The notes below the pieces were generated by a model, which saw nothing but the letters and a program-made list of their open reading frames with translations, did not search any database and was not told where the DNA came from. The translations under genes and the position numbers were made by a program. DNA of 64,000 bases from Brevundimonas sp. (lineage in GTDB: Bacteria > Pseudomonadota > Alphaproteobacteria > Caulobacterales > Caulobacteraceae): positions 1,700,736 through 1,764,735 of the forward strand of contig NZ_JBKBHQ010000001.1 of assembly GCF_046299595.1 (NCBI RefSeq). The letters run 5' to 3'. Of the stretch, positions 31,623 to 40,965 are shown in pieces; within the stretch, counting starts at the first letter, position 1; each line of letters opens with the position of its first letter.

Positions 31623-31993
31623 TGGTTCTCTGGATGATCGCCCATGCATTTTTTGCGATGGGACCAAAAGAAACGTTGAACTGTCTTGGGCCGGGCGACC
31701 TGATCTCAGGGGAGTACCGCTTTGTTGAGTCTTCTCATCCTAACGGAACTTACATTCGCAGCGGATTTCTTCGGACGCTGCGCCCGTTTTGTGTAGAGGG
31801 CTCGTCCCCAGAAACCGGTGAGATTTTTCAGGTCGAAGGGCGCTGGATTCAGGTGAGTTGGGCCGACGATGAAACTGACCGTCCTTATGCGGGCGATATG
31901 GTCGAGATCGAAGCGGATTGCTTTGAGCCGATTTCGGCATGGCACTTGGGCGACATCGTCTGCATTGACGCGCGTCTGATTTCGATCAGGTAG
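31622..31993 (+). CDS. Hypothetical protein, low GC, possibly exported
   Basis: 123-124 aa ORF coupled to the pntAa stop (TGATG). GC about 54% by hand count over 31621-31980. Confidence 0.5.
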   Translation: MVLWMIAHAFFAMGPKETLNCLGPGDLISGEYRFVESSHPNGTYIRSGFLRTLRPFCVEGSSPETGEIFQVEGRWIQVSWADDETDRPYAGDMVEIEADCFEPISAWHLGDIVCIDARLISIR

Positions 31994-32011
31994 TGATGAG
32001 GGTTCACTGAA

Positions 32012-32329
32012 ATGGAAGCCGTCGATCCCACGATCTTTCGCCTGGCCATCTTCGTGCTGGCCATCTTTGTCGGCTACTACGTCGTCTGGTCGGTGACACC
32101 GGCGCTGCACACGCCGCTGATGAGCGTCACCAACGCCATTTCCTCGGTCATCATCGTGGGCGGCCTGATCGCGGCGGCAGCGGCAGCGGGTGCGGCCGAA
32201 GGGCCGAACGCCTGGATCGCCAAGGCCGCCGGCGTGGCCGCCGTGACCATGGCCAGCGTCAACATCTTCGGGGGCTTTCTGGTGACGCGGCGGATGCTGG
32301 CCATGTATCGCCGCAAACCCAAGGCATGA
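32012..32329 (+). CDS. pntAb: NAD(P) transhydrogenase subunit alpha, part 2
   Basis: VTPALHTPLMSVTNAISSVI...NIFGGFLVTRRMLAMY. Confidence 0.95.
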   Translation: MEAVDPTIFRLAIFVLAIFVGYYVVWSVTPALHTPLMSVTNAISSVIIVGGLIAAAAAAGAAEGPNAWIAKAAGVAAVTMASVNIFGGFLVTRRMLAMYRRKPKA

Positions 32330-32387
32330 TCCGATCCCGCCCGCCCGCACCGGCCCTGCCGCCTTTCAACCCTCATGAGCTTCGCGT

Positions 32388-32690
32388 TTGACCTCGATTG
32401 CCGCCCTTGCCGAGCCCGTTTCCTGGATCGCCACCGGTCTGGGCGTGGGCCTGTGGCTGTGGGCCTGGTTCGGCGAGAAGAACCCCATTGGGCGCATGCG
32501 TTTTCAGGACGCGGGCATGGTGCTGGTGTTCGGGGCCATCTTGCTGCGCATCACCTTGCAGGACCGCAGCATGAACGTGTTCGACTGGGTGCTGGTGGTG
32601 CTTGGCCCCATCTTCATCGCCGCCGCCCTGTTCCGCCTGTCGCGCACCAGTGCGGGCAGGCCGCCTTCCGATCCAACCCAGACACGCTGA
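32388..32690 (+). CDS. Small hypothetical membrane protein (3 TM)
   Basis: Three hydrophobic segments, genome-typical codon use, TTG start. Confidence 0.55.
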   Translation: MTSIAALAEPVSWIATGLGVGLWLWAWFGEKNPIGRMRFQDAGMVLVFGAILLRITLQDRSMNVFDWVLVVLGPIFIAAALFRLSRTSAGRPPSDPTQTR

Positions 32691-32727
32691 AATCCCAGAC
32701 ACGCTGAAATCCCAGACACGCTTAAAT
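32677..32727. repeat. 17-bp tandem repeat x3 (CCCAGACACGCT[G/T]AAAT)
   Basis: Copies at 32677, 32694 and 32711. Confidence 0.93.
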
Positions 32728-32729
32728 CC

Positions 32730-33137
32730 ATGACCGACAAAGCCGCCGTTTCCCATCTGTATCGCCGTCTCGTCCCTGTTGCCCTTGCCGCTACGGCCCT
32801 GGCTGCCTCCGCCCTGCCTGCGACGGGGCAGGCCAGCCGCGAGATCTCGGCGCGGGCCTATGAGGGGATGTTCTTCCATGTGGCTGCGCCTCAGGGCGCA
32901 AGCTGGTCGCTGGACTGCCGCTTCCGGCCCGTGACCGTGCGCGGGGCGACCTACAACACCTTTCAGCTCAGCGGGCAGGGCGGTCAGGGCGGGCGCCTGC
33001 CGTCCAACGATGCGCGCTGTGCCCTGACCAAGACCGGCGGCAGTGGTCCTATCGGTCTGGCCATCGTGCGCGACGGCCAGCCCCATGCGGCGGGCACCAA
33101 CAGCACCACCGAGCCCGCGCGCGTGAATCTGTTCTGA
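32730..33137 (+). CDS. Hypothetical secreted protein
   Basis: Signal-peptide-like N-terminus (RRLVPVALAATALAASALPA), two Cys, beta-rich. Confidence 0.65.
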   Translation: MTDKAAVSHLYRRLVPVALAATALAASALPATGQASREISARAYEGMFFHVAAPQGASWSLDCRFRPVTVRGATYNTFQLSGQGGQGGRLPSNDARCALTKTGGSGPIGLAIVRDGQPHAAGTNSTTEPARVNLF

Positions 33138-33199
33138 CGGGCCGTTGTCAAGTCCGGCGCCGCTGCGGCCGCGCCGATCCGAATGAGGGGGAGTGAAGC

Positions 33200-34612
33200 A
33201 TGAATGCCTCGATCGCGGCGCTGGCCTATCTGGCCTCGGGCGTGCTGTTCATCCTCTCGCTGAGAGGCCTGTCGAGCCCCGAGACCAGCCGCCGGGGCAA
33301 TCTGATGGGCATGATCGGCATGGCCCTGGCCGTGGCCGTCACCCTGGCGACCCTGGGCGCATCGGGCGTGCTCGATCCGGTGACGCTCGGCCTGATCGGC
33401 GGCGGGGTCGTGGTGGGCGGCGGCATCGGCGCGCTGATCGCGGGGCGGGTGCGCATGGAGTCCATGCCCCAGCTGGTGGCCGCCTTTCACTCGCTGGTGG
33501 GTCTGGCGGCGTGCTGCGTGGCCATCGGAGCGGTCTATGCGCCTGAAGCGTTCGGCATCGGCAACGGGCTGGGGGGCATCAAGACCCTCTCCATCGTCGA
33601 GCTGGCGCTGGGTGTGGCCATCGGTGCCATTACCTTCACCGGATCGGTGATCGCGTTTGCCAAGCTGGACGGGCGCATGTCGGGCGCGCCCATCCTGCTG
33701 CCCGCGCGCCACGCCATCAACATCGCCATCGCCCTTGGCATCGTGCTGATGATCGGGGTGATGATCGGATCGGAAGGCACGGCGACCTGGGCCTTCTGGG
33801 GCGTGTTCATCCTGGCGCTGGTGCTGGGCGCGACCCTGATCATTCCCATCGGCGGGGCGGACATGCCCGTGGTGGTGTCCATGCTGAACAGCTATTCGGG
33901 CTGGGCGGCGGCGGCGCTGGGCTTCACTCTGGAGAACATCGCCCTGATCATCACCGGCGCCCTGGTGGGCAGCTCGGGCGCGATCCTCAGCTACATCATG
34001 TGCAAGGGCATGAACCGCAGCTTCATCAGCGTCATCCTCGGCGGCTTTGGCGGCGAGGTGGCCGCAGGCGGGGGCACCGCAGAGACGCGCCCCGTCAAGC
34101 AGGGCTCGGCCGAAGATGCCGCCTTCATCCTGAAGAACGCCTCCAAGGTCATCATCGTGCCCGGCTATGGCATGGCGGTCGCCCAGGCCCAGCACGCCCT
34201 GCGCGAGATGGCCGACACCCTTAAGAAGGAGGGCGTCGAGGTGAAATACGCCATTCACCCCGTGGCCGGGCGGATGCCGGGGCACATGAACGTGCTGCTG
34301 GCCGAGGCCAATGTGCCCTATGACGAGGTGTTCGAGCTGGAGGACATCAACGCCGAGTTCTCGAGCTGTGACGTGGCCTTCGTGATCGGGGCCAATGACG
34401 TGACCAACCCCTCGGCCAAGACCGACCCGCAGTCGCCCATCTATGGCATGCCGGTGCTGGACGTGGAAAAGGCCGGCACGGTGCTGTTCGTCAAGCGCTC
34501 CATGGGCTCGGGCTATGCGGGCGTGGAGAACGAGCTGTTCTTCCGCGACAACACCATGATGCTGTTCGCGGACGCCAAGAAGATGGTCGAGGGCATCGTA
34601 AAGGGGCTTTAG
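33200..34612 (+). CDS. pntB: NAD(P) transhydrogenase subunit beta
   Basis: MPQLVAAFHSLVGLAA, GAITFTGS, IGGADMPVVVSMLNSYSGWA, VPGYGMAVAQAQH, HPVAGRMPGHMNVLLAEA. Confidence 0.97.
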   Translation: MNASIAALAYLASGVLFILSLRGLSSPETSRRGNLMGMIGMALAVAVTLATLGASGVLDPVTLGLIGGGVVVGGGIGALIAGRVRMESMPQLVAAFHSLVGLAACCVAIGAVYAPEAFGIGNGLGGIKTLSIVELALGVAIGAITFTGSVIAFAKLDGRMSGAPILLPARHAINIAIALGIVLMIGVMIGSEGTATWAFWGVFILALVLGATLIIPIGGADMPVVVSMLNSYSGWAAAALGFTLENIALIITGALVGSSGAILSYIMCKGMNRSFISVILGGFGGEVAAGGGTAETRPVKQGSAEDAAFILKNASKVIIVPGYGMAVAQAQHALREMADTLKKEGVEVKYAIHPVAGRMPGHMNVLLAEANVPYDEVFELEDINAEFSSCDVAFVIGANDVTNPSAKTDPQSPIYGMPVLDVEKAGTVLFVKRSMGSGYAGVENELFFRDNTMMLFADAKKMVEGIVKGL

Positions 34613-34648
34613 GGGCCTCGGCGAGGTTGCTGTTTTCCGGTGCAGGCC

Positions 34649-34891
34649 TCACGCCGCCTGGGCGAGGCGGCCCGGCGACCAGTGATCAGGGCCGGGGCGC
34701 GGGGCGTGGAACTCGTCCCACAGCGCGTCCTCCTCGTCATAGCGACGGCTGCTGGCGTCTATCACGTCCACGACCTGTTCCTCCAGCCGGTCCCAGATGA
34801 CCGCCAGATCCTCGCAGCCCGCCGCCTCGCACGGCACGATCAGATAGCGGCTGCGGGCGATGCTCTGGTGGGGGGAAAAGGCGCTGGCCAT
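34649..34891 (-). CDS. Small acidic hypothetical protein (80 aa)
   Basis: ATG preceded by GGAG; fills the pntB-to-WYL gap; divergent from the WYL regulator. Confidence 0.55.
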   Translation of the reverse strand: MASAFSPHQSIARSRYLIVPCEAAGCEDLAVIWDRLEEQVVDVIDASSRRYDEEDALWDEFHAPRPGPDHWSPGRLAQAA

Positions 34892-34963
34892 GTCGGGCTC
34901 CGTTCGGATCATTCCTTGCTGGCAAGCCGGGCGCTTGCCGATGATGCGAACCTATGACACCAT

Positions 34964-34982
34964 TGCGTCAGAAACGGTCGCA
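34964..34982. promoter_or_regulatory. Candidate DriD operator TGCGTC-N7-GTCGCA
   Basis: Imperfect palindrome; the reverse strand reads TGCGACCGTTTCTGACGCA; 17 nt upstream of the WYL gene. Confidence 0.65.
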
Positions 34983-34999
34983 TACCGCGAGACCCCCTC

Positions 35000-35989
35000 A
35001 TGCGCCATGACAAGGCAGGACAGGTCATCGAACTGGCGCGGCATCTGGCCAGCAGCGCCGAGGGCCTGACGCTCGACGAGATGGCCGAGGCCATGGGGGT
35101 GGGCAGGCGCACCGCCGAGCGGATGCGCGATGCGGTCGACCGCCTGTTTCCCACGCTGGAAGAAGTGCGCGATCCGCCCACCAAGCGCTGGCGCATCCGC
35201 GGCGGGCTGTCGGGCTTCGAGCAGACCCCCACCGCTGTCGAGATGATCGAGCTGTCCAAGGCGGCCACGGCCCTGCGCCGCGCCGGAGAGCCCCAGCGCG
35301 CGGCGGCCCTGGAGGCGCTGGAGCGCAAGATCAAGTCGGCCATGCGATCAAGCGCGCTGAACCGCCTGGCGCCCGATCTGGAGGCCTTGGTGCGGGCCGA
35401 GACCATCGCCGTGCAGGCCGGACCGCGTCCCAGTGCCGACGAGGCCATGCTGGCGACCATCCGCAGCGCCATCCTCTCGGGCGTGACCTTGCGTTTCGTC
35501 TATGCGCGGCCCGGTGCCGAGGCGCGCGGGCGCGAGCTGATTCCCTGTGGCCTGATGTTCGGGCGCGCCAACTATCTGGTGGCTGCCAATCCCGACAGCG
35601 GCCGCATCCAGACCTTCCGCCTGGACCGCATGAGCAAGGTCGAGTGCGGGGACACGCCAGCCCAGCCGCCGGAGGATTTTGATCTCAACGCCTTCGCCAA
35701 CCGCTCGTTCGGCATCTATCAGGACGAGGTGCACGATGTGGCCCTGCACGTCCTGCCCGAGGGCGCGGCCGAGGCGCGCGGCTGGCGCTGGCATCCGACC
35801 CAGACGCTGGAGGACCGGCCCGACGGCTCGGTCATCGTGCGCTTTTCGGCCAGCGGCATGAAGGAGCTGGCCTGGCACCTGTTCACCTGGGGGCGGCAGG
35901 TCCGCATTCTCCAGCCCGAGGTGCTGAGGCAGGTGATGGCCGAGGAACTGGACGCGGCGCGCGCGGCGCTGGATCAGGCTTCCGGCTGA
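35000..35989 (+). CDS. driD: HTH-WYL-WCX transcriptional regulator, DriD-like
   Basis: MRHDKA...AEGLTLDEMAEAMGVGRRTAERMRDAV wHTH, GRANYLVA, FRLDRM, FGIY, WHLFTWG; closely resembles Caulobacter DriD as I recall it. Confidence 0.8.
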   Translation: MRHDKAGQVIELARHLASSAEGLTLDEMAEAMGVGRRTAERMRDAVDRLFPTLEEVRDPPTKRWRIRGGLSGFEQTPTAVEMIELSKAATALRRAGEPQRAAALEALERKIKSAMRSSALNRLAPDLEALVRAETIAVQAGPRPSADEAMLATIRSAILSGVTLRFVYARPGAEARGRELIPCGLMFGRANYLVAANPDSGRIQTFRLDRMSKVECGDTPAQPPEDFDLNAFANRSFGIYQDEVHDVALHVLPEGAAEARGWRWHPTQTLEDRPDGSVIVRFSASGMKELAWHLFTWGRQVRILQPEVLRQVMAEELDAARAALDQASG

Positions 35990-36651
35990 GCCTTGCCGGA
36001 CCCGAAGCGCAGGGCGGCCAGCGCATTGGTAAGACGGCGCACCGGCGCATCGAAGTCGCGCCCCGCCTTCCACTTCTCGAACGCCATGACATTCTCGATA
36101 CGCGCATCCACAAAGGCCTCGGCGGCCTCGCGCCCGTCGAACCAGCGCAAGGTGAGGGCCGGGATCAGAATGCCCGACAGTATGGAGCGCTTGGAGTAGT
36201 GGTTCTCGTCGGTGGCGCGGTCGCCCGCCCAGCGCCAGATCAGATCGGCGCTCTCCCACGCCAGACGCAGGCCAAGCGCGTGCTGGCCCGGCAGGGAGAG
36301 AAAACCGGCACAGCGGCGCGTGGCCTCGATGTGGGCCGCACCCGCCTCCATGCGCGCGCAGACGCCGGCCCTGATGCGCTGGCGGATCTTGAGGGTGTCG
36401 GCGGGTGTGGCCTTCAAGGCCTCCATGGCCATGGCATCGTGACGGCGCGACAGAAGCGCGGCCAGATCTCGCGCCCCGCCGGGCACCAGCAGCTCCAGAT
36501 CGCCGCGTGTCAGGCCGATGGCCGCTCCGGCCCGCGCGACAAGGCGCGCGTTCCAGCCGATGGCCGGCGCCATTTCGATGGCCTGATCGAGCAGGGCCTG
36601 CTCGCGCGCATCGACCCAGTCGGGGCCGGGGGTATCGGTCTGGGCGGACAT
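35974..36651 (-). CDS. COQ9 family (rpsU-divergent) protein
   Basis: DLIWRWAGDRATDENHYSKR, FVDARIENVM; divergent from rpsU. Confidence 0.88.
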   Translation of the reverse strand: MSAQTDTPGPDWVDAREQALLDQAIEMAPAIGWNARLVARAGAAIGLTRGDLELLVPGGARDLAALLSRRHDAMAMEALKATPADTLKIRQRIRAGVCARMEAGAAHIEATRRCAGFLSLPGQHALGLRLAWESADLIWRWAGDRATDENHYSKRSILSGILIPALTLRWFDGREAAEAFVDARIENVMAFEKWKAGRDFDAPVRRLTNALAALRFGSGKAQPEA

Positions 36652-36924
36652 GGGCGCATCCTAGGCGCAAACGCGGGCGCTTTCGAGGGGGTGCGACAGC
36701 GATGCCGAAGCGCGGCTTCCCTGCCCCCGGCCCCGGCGGGACAAGGGGAGATTCCGGGGGAAATCGCGTGCGCGCGTATCTGGACAGAGGCCATGGCTTC
36801 GTGTATCCGCACGCCTTCCGAACGGAGGCCGCACGCTTCCGGGCGCTGAATTTCTTGTTCGCCCGTCTTCCCCGCCTTGTGCAGCAAGGCCAGGACGCGG
36901 CGGGCGATCATAGGAGAGAGACCC

Positions 36925-37155
36925 CTGGTTCAGATTTTTGTCCGCGACAACAACGTCGATCAGGCGCTGAAGGCCCTGAAGAAGAAGATGCAGCGCGAAG
37001 GCTCGTTCCGCGAAATGAAGCGGCACGTGCACTATGAAAAGCCCTCGGAAAAGCGCGCCCGCCAGAAGGCGGAAGCCGTGCGCCGCGCCCGCAAGCTGGC
37101 CCGCAAGCGTGCCCAGCGCGAAGGCGTGGTGATGCCGAGCAAGGGCCGTCGCTGA
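36925..37155 (+). CDS. rpsU: 30S ribosomal protein S21
   Basis: [30 protein letters not shown]...[10 protein letters not shown]. Probable CTG start 8 nt after AGGAG. Confidence 0.95.
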   Translation: MVQIFVRDNNVDQALKALKKKMQREGSFREMKRHVHYEKPSEKRARQKAEAVRRARKLARKRAQREGVVMPSKGRR

Positions 37156-37187
37156 GACCCGGCGCATCCGCGTCCGCACAGGCTGCG

Positions 37188-37216
37188 AAGGCCGCTCCGC
37201 CCGGGGCGGCCTTTTT
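37188..37216 (+). terminator. Intrinsic terminator after rpsU
   Basis: AAGGCCGCTCC-GCCC-GGGGCGGCCTT followed by TTT. Confidence 0.8.
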
Positions 37217-37365
37217 GCATTGAGGGGCCTTTTGGGGGCCATTCGGGGGGCTTTTTGCAGGCTGTGGCCTCAAAGGGTGTGATTTGAGCGGCCCGATCTG
37301 CTAGCGCAGGGCACGATCACCGATCGCGGGGGCACCGGCATGACCATGGGGAGTTCAGCGCGGGC

Positions 37366-39243
37366 ATGAGCCTGATCCTCAAGCTGACAACCCTCATGCG
37401 TCTTGGCCCGCACAATCTGGCGCGGGTGGGCCTTTACCGCGCGGGCCTCAGGAGCGGCCTGCATCCGGTGCTGAAGGCGAAGGGCGAGCCGGTTTCCGGG
37501 GCGCACTTCGGCCCTGCGGCCGCCGAACCGCCGATGCCGCTGCCCGGGCCGAACCGGCGCTGGGACGATGCGCTGTGGTACTTCGGCCATCACGCCATAG
37601 CCCATGACTGCGAGGCCCCGGACTGGTTCGCCAATCCGTTCGGCAGCGCCATGCACGATCATGCCGACCTGCCGTGGTGGCAGATCGACGACTTCGCCGC
37701 CGGAGACATCAAGGGCGTGTGGGAGCTGTCGCGCCTCGACTGGCTGGTGGCCCTGGCCACGCGCGCGGCCCACGGCGACGAGGCTTCGCTGGAGCGGCTG
37801 AACGCCTGGCTGTCGGACTGGAGCGCGCGCAATCCGCCCTATCTGGGCCCTAACTGGAAATGCGGGCAGGAGGCCTCGGTGCGGGTCATGCATCTGGTGC
37901 TGGCGGCCATGGTGCTGCGCCAGGACCATGTGCCCACGCCCGCCCTGCGCACCCAGATCGCCAATCATCTGGCGCGCATCGCTCCCACCATCTCCTATGC
38001 CATCGGCCAGCAGAACAACCACGGCACCTCGGAGGCAGCGGCCCTGTTCATGGGCGGCAGCTTCCTGATCGGTCACGACGCGCGTGCGAACGGCTGGATG
38101 GACACAGGCCGGCGCTGGCTGGAGGAGCGTGCGCGCACCCTGATCGCAGGCGACGGCAGCTTCAGCCAGTATTCCATGAACTATCACCGGGTGATGCTCG
38201 ACAGCTATGCCCTGGCCGAAAGCTGGCGGCGACGGCGCGATCTTCAGCCCTTCAGCGACACCCTGAATGCGCGCCTGTGCGCGGCGACGCGCTGGCTGCA
38301 CGCCATGACCAGTGCCGAAAGCGGCGATGCGCCCAACACCGGGGCCAATGACGGCGCGCGCCTGATGCCCCTGATCGAAGGCGACTATCGCGATCATCGC
38401 GCCTCGGTGCAGCTGGCCGCGGCCCTGTTCTGCGGTGCGCGCGCCTATGGGCCCGGCCCGTGGGATGACTTGCTGGCCTGGCTGGGCGTGGCCGCGCGGC
38501 AGGAGCCCCTGAGCGAGCCGGGCGAGGGCCTGGCGCTGTCGGGGCGCAGCTTCGATGACGGCGGCTATCACCTGATGAAGGCGGGCGCGGCGGTGGCGGT
38601 GATGCGCTATCCGCGCTTCCGCTTTCGCCCCAGTCAGGCCGACGCCCTGCACCTCGACCTGATGGTTGGCGGGCGCAATGTGCTGCGCGATTCGGGCACC
38701 TGGACCTACAACAGCCAGGGCACCCACAACACCGAGGACGCCAGCTGGTTCGGCAGCACGCCCGCGCACAACACCATCACCTTCGATGGCCGCAGCCAGA
38801 TGCCCCAGCTCAGCCGCTTTCTCTATGGGGCATGGCTGAAGGCGCGAGACGTCCAGACGGTCGGCGAAACGGGCGAGGGGGGCTTGAGTGCCGCGGCGGG
38901 CTATACCGACCACAAGGGCGCGCGCCACCATCGCCATCTGGTCATGAGCCGCGGGCTTCTGGTCTGCACCGACACCATCGGCGGGCGCTTCGAGCAGGCG
39001 TGCCTGCGCTGGCGCCTCGCGCCCGGTCCGTGGCGGCTGGAGGGAAAGCGCCTGATCGGCGAGACCATGCAGATCGAGATCGAGTGCGCGCCGGGCGAGG
39101 CAGAGCTTCGCCTGACCAGTGCGCCGGAGTCGCGCTATTATCAGAAGCGCAGCGAGGTTCCGGTGCTGGAGGTGCGCCTGGACCGCCCGGGGCGCATCGT
39201 CTCGACCATCCACTTTGACGACCCGGCCCCCGCAACCCCATAA
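37366..39243 (+). CDS. Heparinase II/III-family protein
   Basis: DIKGVWELSR, NPP..G.NW.CGQE, NNHG..E, FSQYS.NYHRVMLD, NDGA, QADALH.DL, H.T. Confidence 0.85.
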   Translation: MSLILKLTTLMRLGPHNLARVGLYRAGLRSGLHPVLKAKGEPVSGAHFGPAAAEPPMPLPGPNRRWDDALWYFGHHAIAHDCEAPDWFANPFGSAMHDHADLPWWQIDDFAAGDIKGVWELSRLDWLVALATRAAHGDEASLERLNAWLSDWSARNPPYLGPNWKCGQEASVRVMHLVLAAMVLRQDHVPTPALRTQIANHLARIAPTISYAIGQQNNHGTSEAAALFMGGSFLIGHDARANGWMDTGRRWLEERARTLIAGDGSFSQYSMNYHRVMLDSYALAESWRRRRDLQPFSDTLNARLCAATRWLHAMTSAESGDAPNTGANDGARLMPLIEGDYRDHRASVQLAAALFCGARAYGPGPWDDLLAWLGVAARQEPLSEPGEGLALSGRSFDDGGYHLMKAGAAVAVMRYPRFRFRPSQADALHLDLMVGGRNVLRDSGTWTYNSQGTHNTEDASWFGSTPAHNTITFDGRSQMPQLSRFLYGAWLKARDVQTVGETGEGGLSAAAGYTDHKGARHHRHLVMSRGLLVCTDTIGGRFEQACLRWRLAPGPWRLEGKRLIGETMQIEIECAPGEAELRLTSAPESRYYQKRSEVPVLEVRLDRPGRIVSTIHFDDPAPATP

Positions 39244-39291
39244 GAGGCTCCATGCGTTCCAACGCCGACGTTTCGGTATCATTGTGAGTGC

Positions 39292-40935
39292 ATGACCGCG
39301 CCGCTCGTGATCCTTCAGGCCCGCACCAGTTCCCGCCGCCTGCCCGGCAAGGTGCTGATGGACTTTCACGGCTTGCCGCTGGCGGTGCTGGCGGCGCGGC
39401 GTGCCGCCAGTCGTGGTGCAAGGGTCGTGCTCGCGACCTCGCTGGAGGCTTCGGATGATGCGCTGGCCGAGACGGCGCACGCTCACGGTCTGCCGGTCGT
39501 GCGAGGCCCGCTCGATGACGTTCTGGGTCGCTTCATCCTTGCGCTGGGCGATGCGCCCGATGCCGCGCCCGTGGTGCGACTCACCGCCGACAACGTGCTG
39601 CCCGACGGGGCCTTGATCGCCGAGGTGGTGGCCGAGCTGGACGCGCGCCAGTCGCAATATCTGACCACGACTGCAGATGGCTCCGGGCTGCCCTATGGCT
39701 GTTCGGTGGAGGTGACGCGGGCCGGGCATTTGCGCGCTGCCCATGCCGCCGCCAGCACGGCACATGAGCGCGAGCACGTCACGCCGTGGGTGCGCGAGCG
39801 GTTCGGCGTGCAGGTGTTCGACCGATACGCGGGGCTGGGCATGGAGGATGTGCGCGCCACCATCGACACCCCCGAAGACTTCGCGCTCATGCACGCCAGC
39901 GTGCCGGACGGCGCGGATCTGAAAACGCTGGGCTGGCTCGAATGGGCAAGGCACCTTTCGCGCTGCGTGCCCGGCTCAATGACCGGCGGGGTCAGGCAGC
40001 TCGTCGTGGGCACGGCCCAGATGGGCATGGCCTATGGCATCGCCCGCGCATCCTCGCCCGGCGAGGACGCGGCGGTGGCCATGCTGGAGCGGGCGGTGAG
40101 CGCAGGGGTGGCGTGGCTCGATACCGCCCGCGCCTATGGCCGCAGCGAGGCGGTGGTGGGCCGCTTCCTGAGCGGGGCGACGGCGCAGCGCGTGCGCGTC
40201 GTGACCAAGCTCTCGCCCCTGTCCGAACTGGCCGCGGATGCCGGTGCCGATCAGGCCGCCGCCGCCGCCCGTGACAGCCTGATGCGCTCGGCCGGGGCGC
40301 TGAGTCAGGAGAGCATGGGGCAGGAGCGGCTGGACGCGGTGCTGCTGCACCGCTGCGCCCATCTCACCAGCCATGACGGTGCGATCTGGCGGTGTCTGGT
40401 CGAATGGCGCGACGAGGGGCGCATCGGAGCACTGGGGGTCTCGGTGCAGTCGCCGCAGGAACTGGCGATGGCGCTTGGGTTCGCCGACGTGACCCACATC
40501 CAGATGCCCTGGAACGTGCTCGATCACCGCTGGGAGCGCGTGCTGCCCGATCTGGAGGCGGCGCGCCTTGAGCGGGGCGTGATCGTCCATGTGCGAAGTG
40601 CTCTGCTGCAAGGGCTGCTGACCTCGCGTGACCGGGCCTTGTGGGCGCGCGCCCATGTGGCCGATCCTGCCCCGGTGCTGGCCTGGCTGGAGCAGGGGCG
40701 GGCGCTGTCGGGTGCGCCGGACGTGGCGGCCTTCTGCCTCGACGTGGCACGCGCGCAGCCCTGGGTCGACGGGGTGGTGGTGGGCATGGACGACATGGCC
40801 CAGCTTGAGGCCAATCTTGCGCTTTTCGCCCGCCCGGCCCAGCGTGCGTCGTGGCACGCCGAACTGATGGCACAGCGCCCGGTGCTCGATCCTGCGAGCC
40901 TCGATCCCGCGCGCTGGCGCACAAGCCTTGAGTGA
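39292..40935 (+). CDS. Fusion of SpsF-like cytidylyltransferase and aldo/keto reductase
   Basis: N-terminal ILQARTSSRRLPGKVL, DDVLGRF, VRLTAD, REHVTP. C-terminal GTAQMG..YG, DTARAYG.SE, TK, LLH, GVSV, RSALLQGLL. Confidence 0.85.
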   Translation: MTAPLVILQARTSSRRLPGKVLMDFHGLPLAVLAARRAASRGARVVLATSLEASDDALAETAHAHGLPVVRGPLDDVLGRFILALGDAPDAAPVVRLTADNVLPDGALIAEVVAELDARQSQYLTTTADGSGLPYGCSVEVTRAGHLRAAHAAASTAHEREHVTPWVRERFGVQVFDRYAGLGMEDVRATIDTPEDFALMHASVPDGADLKTLGWLEWARHLSRCVPGSMTGGVRQLVVGTAQMGMAYGIARASSPGEDAAVAMLERAVSAGVAWLDTARAYGRSEAVVGRFLSGATAQRVRVVTKLSPLSELAADAGADQAAAAARDSLMRSAGALSQESMGQERLDAVLLHRCAHLTSHDGAIWRCLVEWRDEGRIGALGVSVQSPQELAMALGFADVTHIQMPWNVLDHRWERVLPDLEAARLERGVIVHVRSALLQGLLTSRDRALWARAHVADPAPVLAWLEQGRALSGAPDVAAFCLDVARAQPWVDGVVVGMDDMAQLEANLALFARPAQRASWHAELMAQRPVLDPASLDPARWRTSLE

Positions 40936-40965
40936 ACCGGAACCGATGAAGCGGAGGATGCGGCC

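Noticed and set aside
37270-39954. 894-aa minus-strand ORF and many other long antisense ORFs (e.g. 17738-19741, 24531-26468, 55443-57221)
   Set aside because: Shadow ORFs of high-GC genes on the opposite strand; no recognisable motifs.
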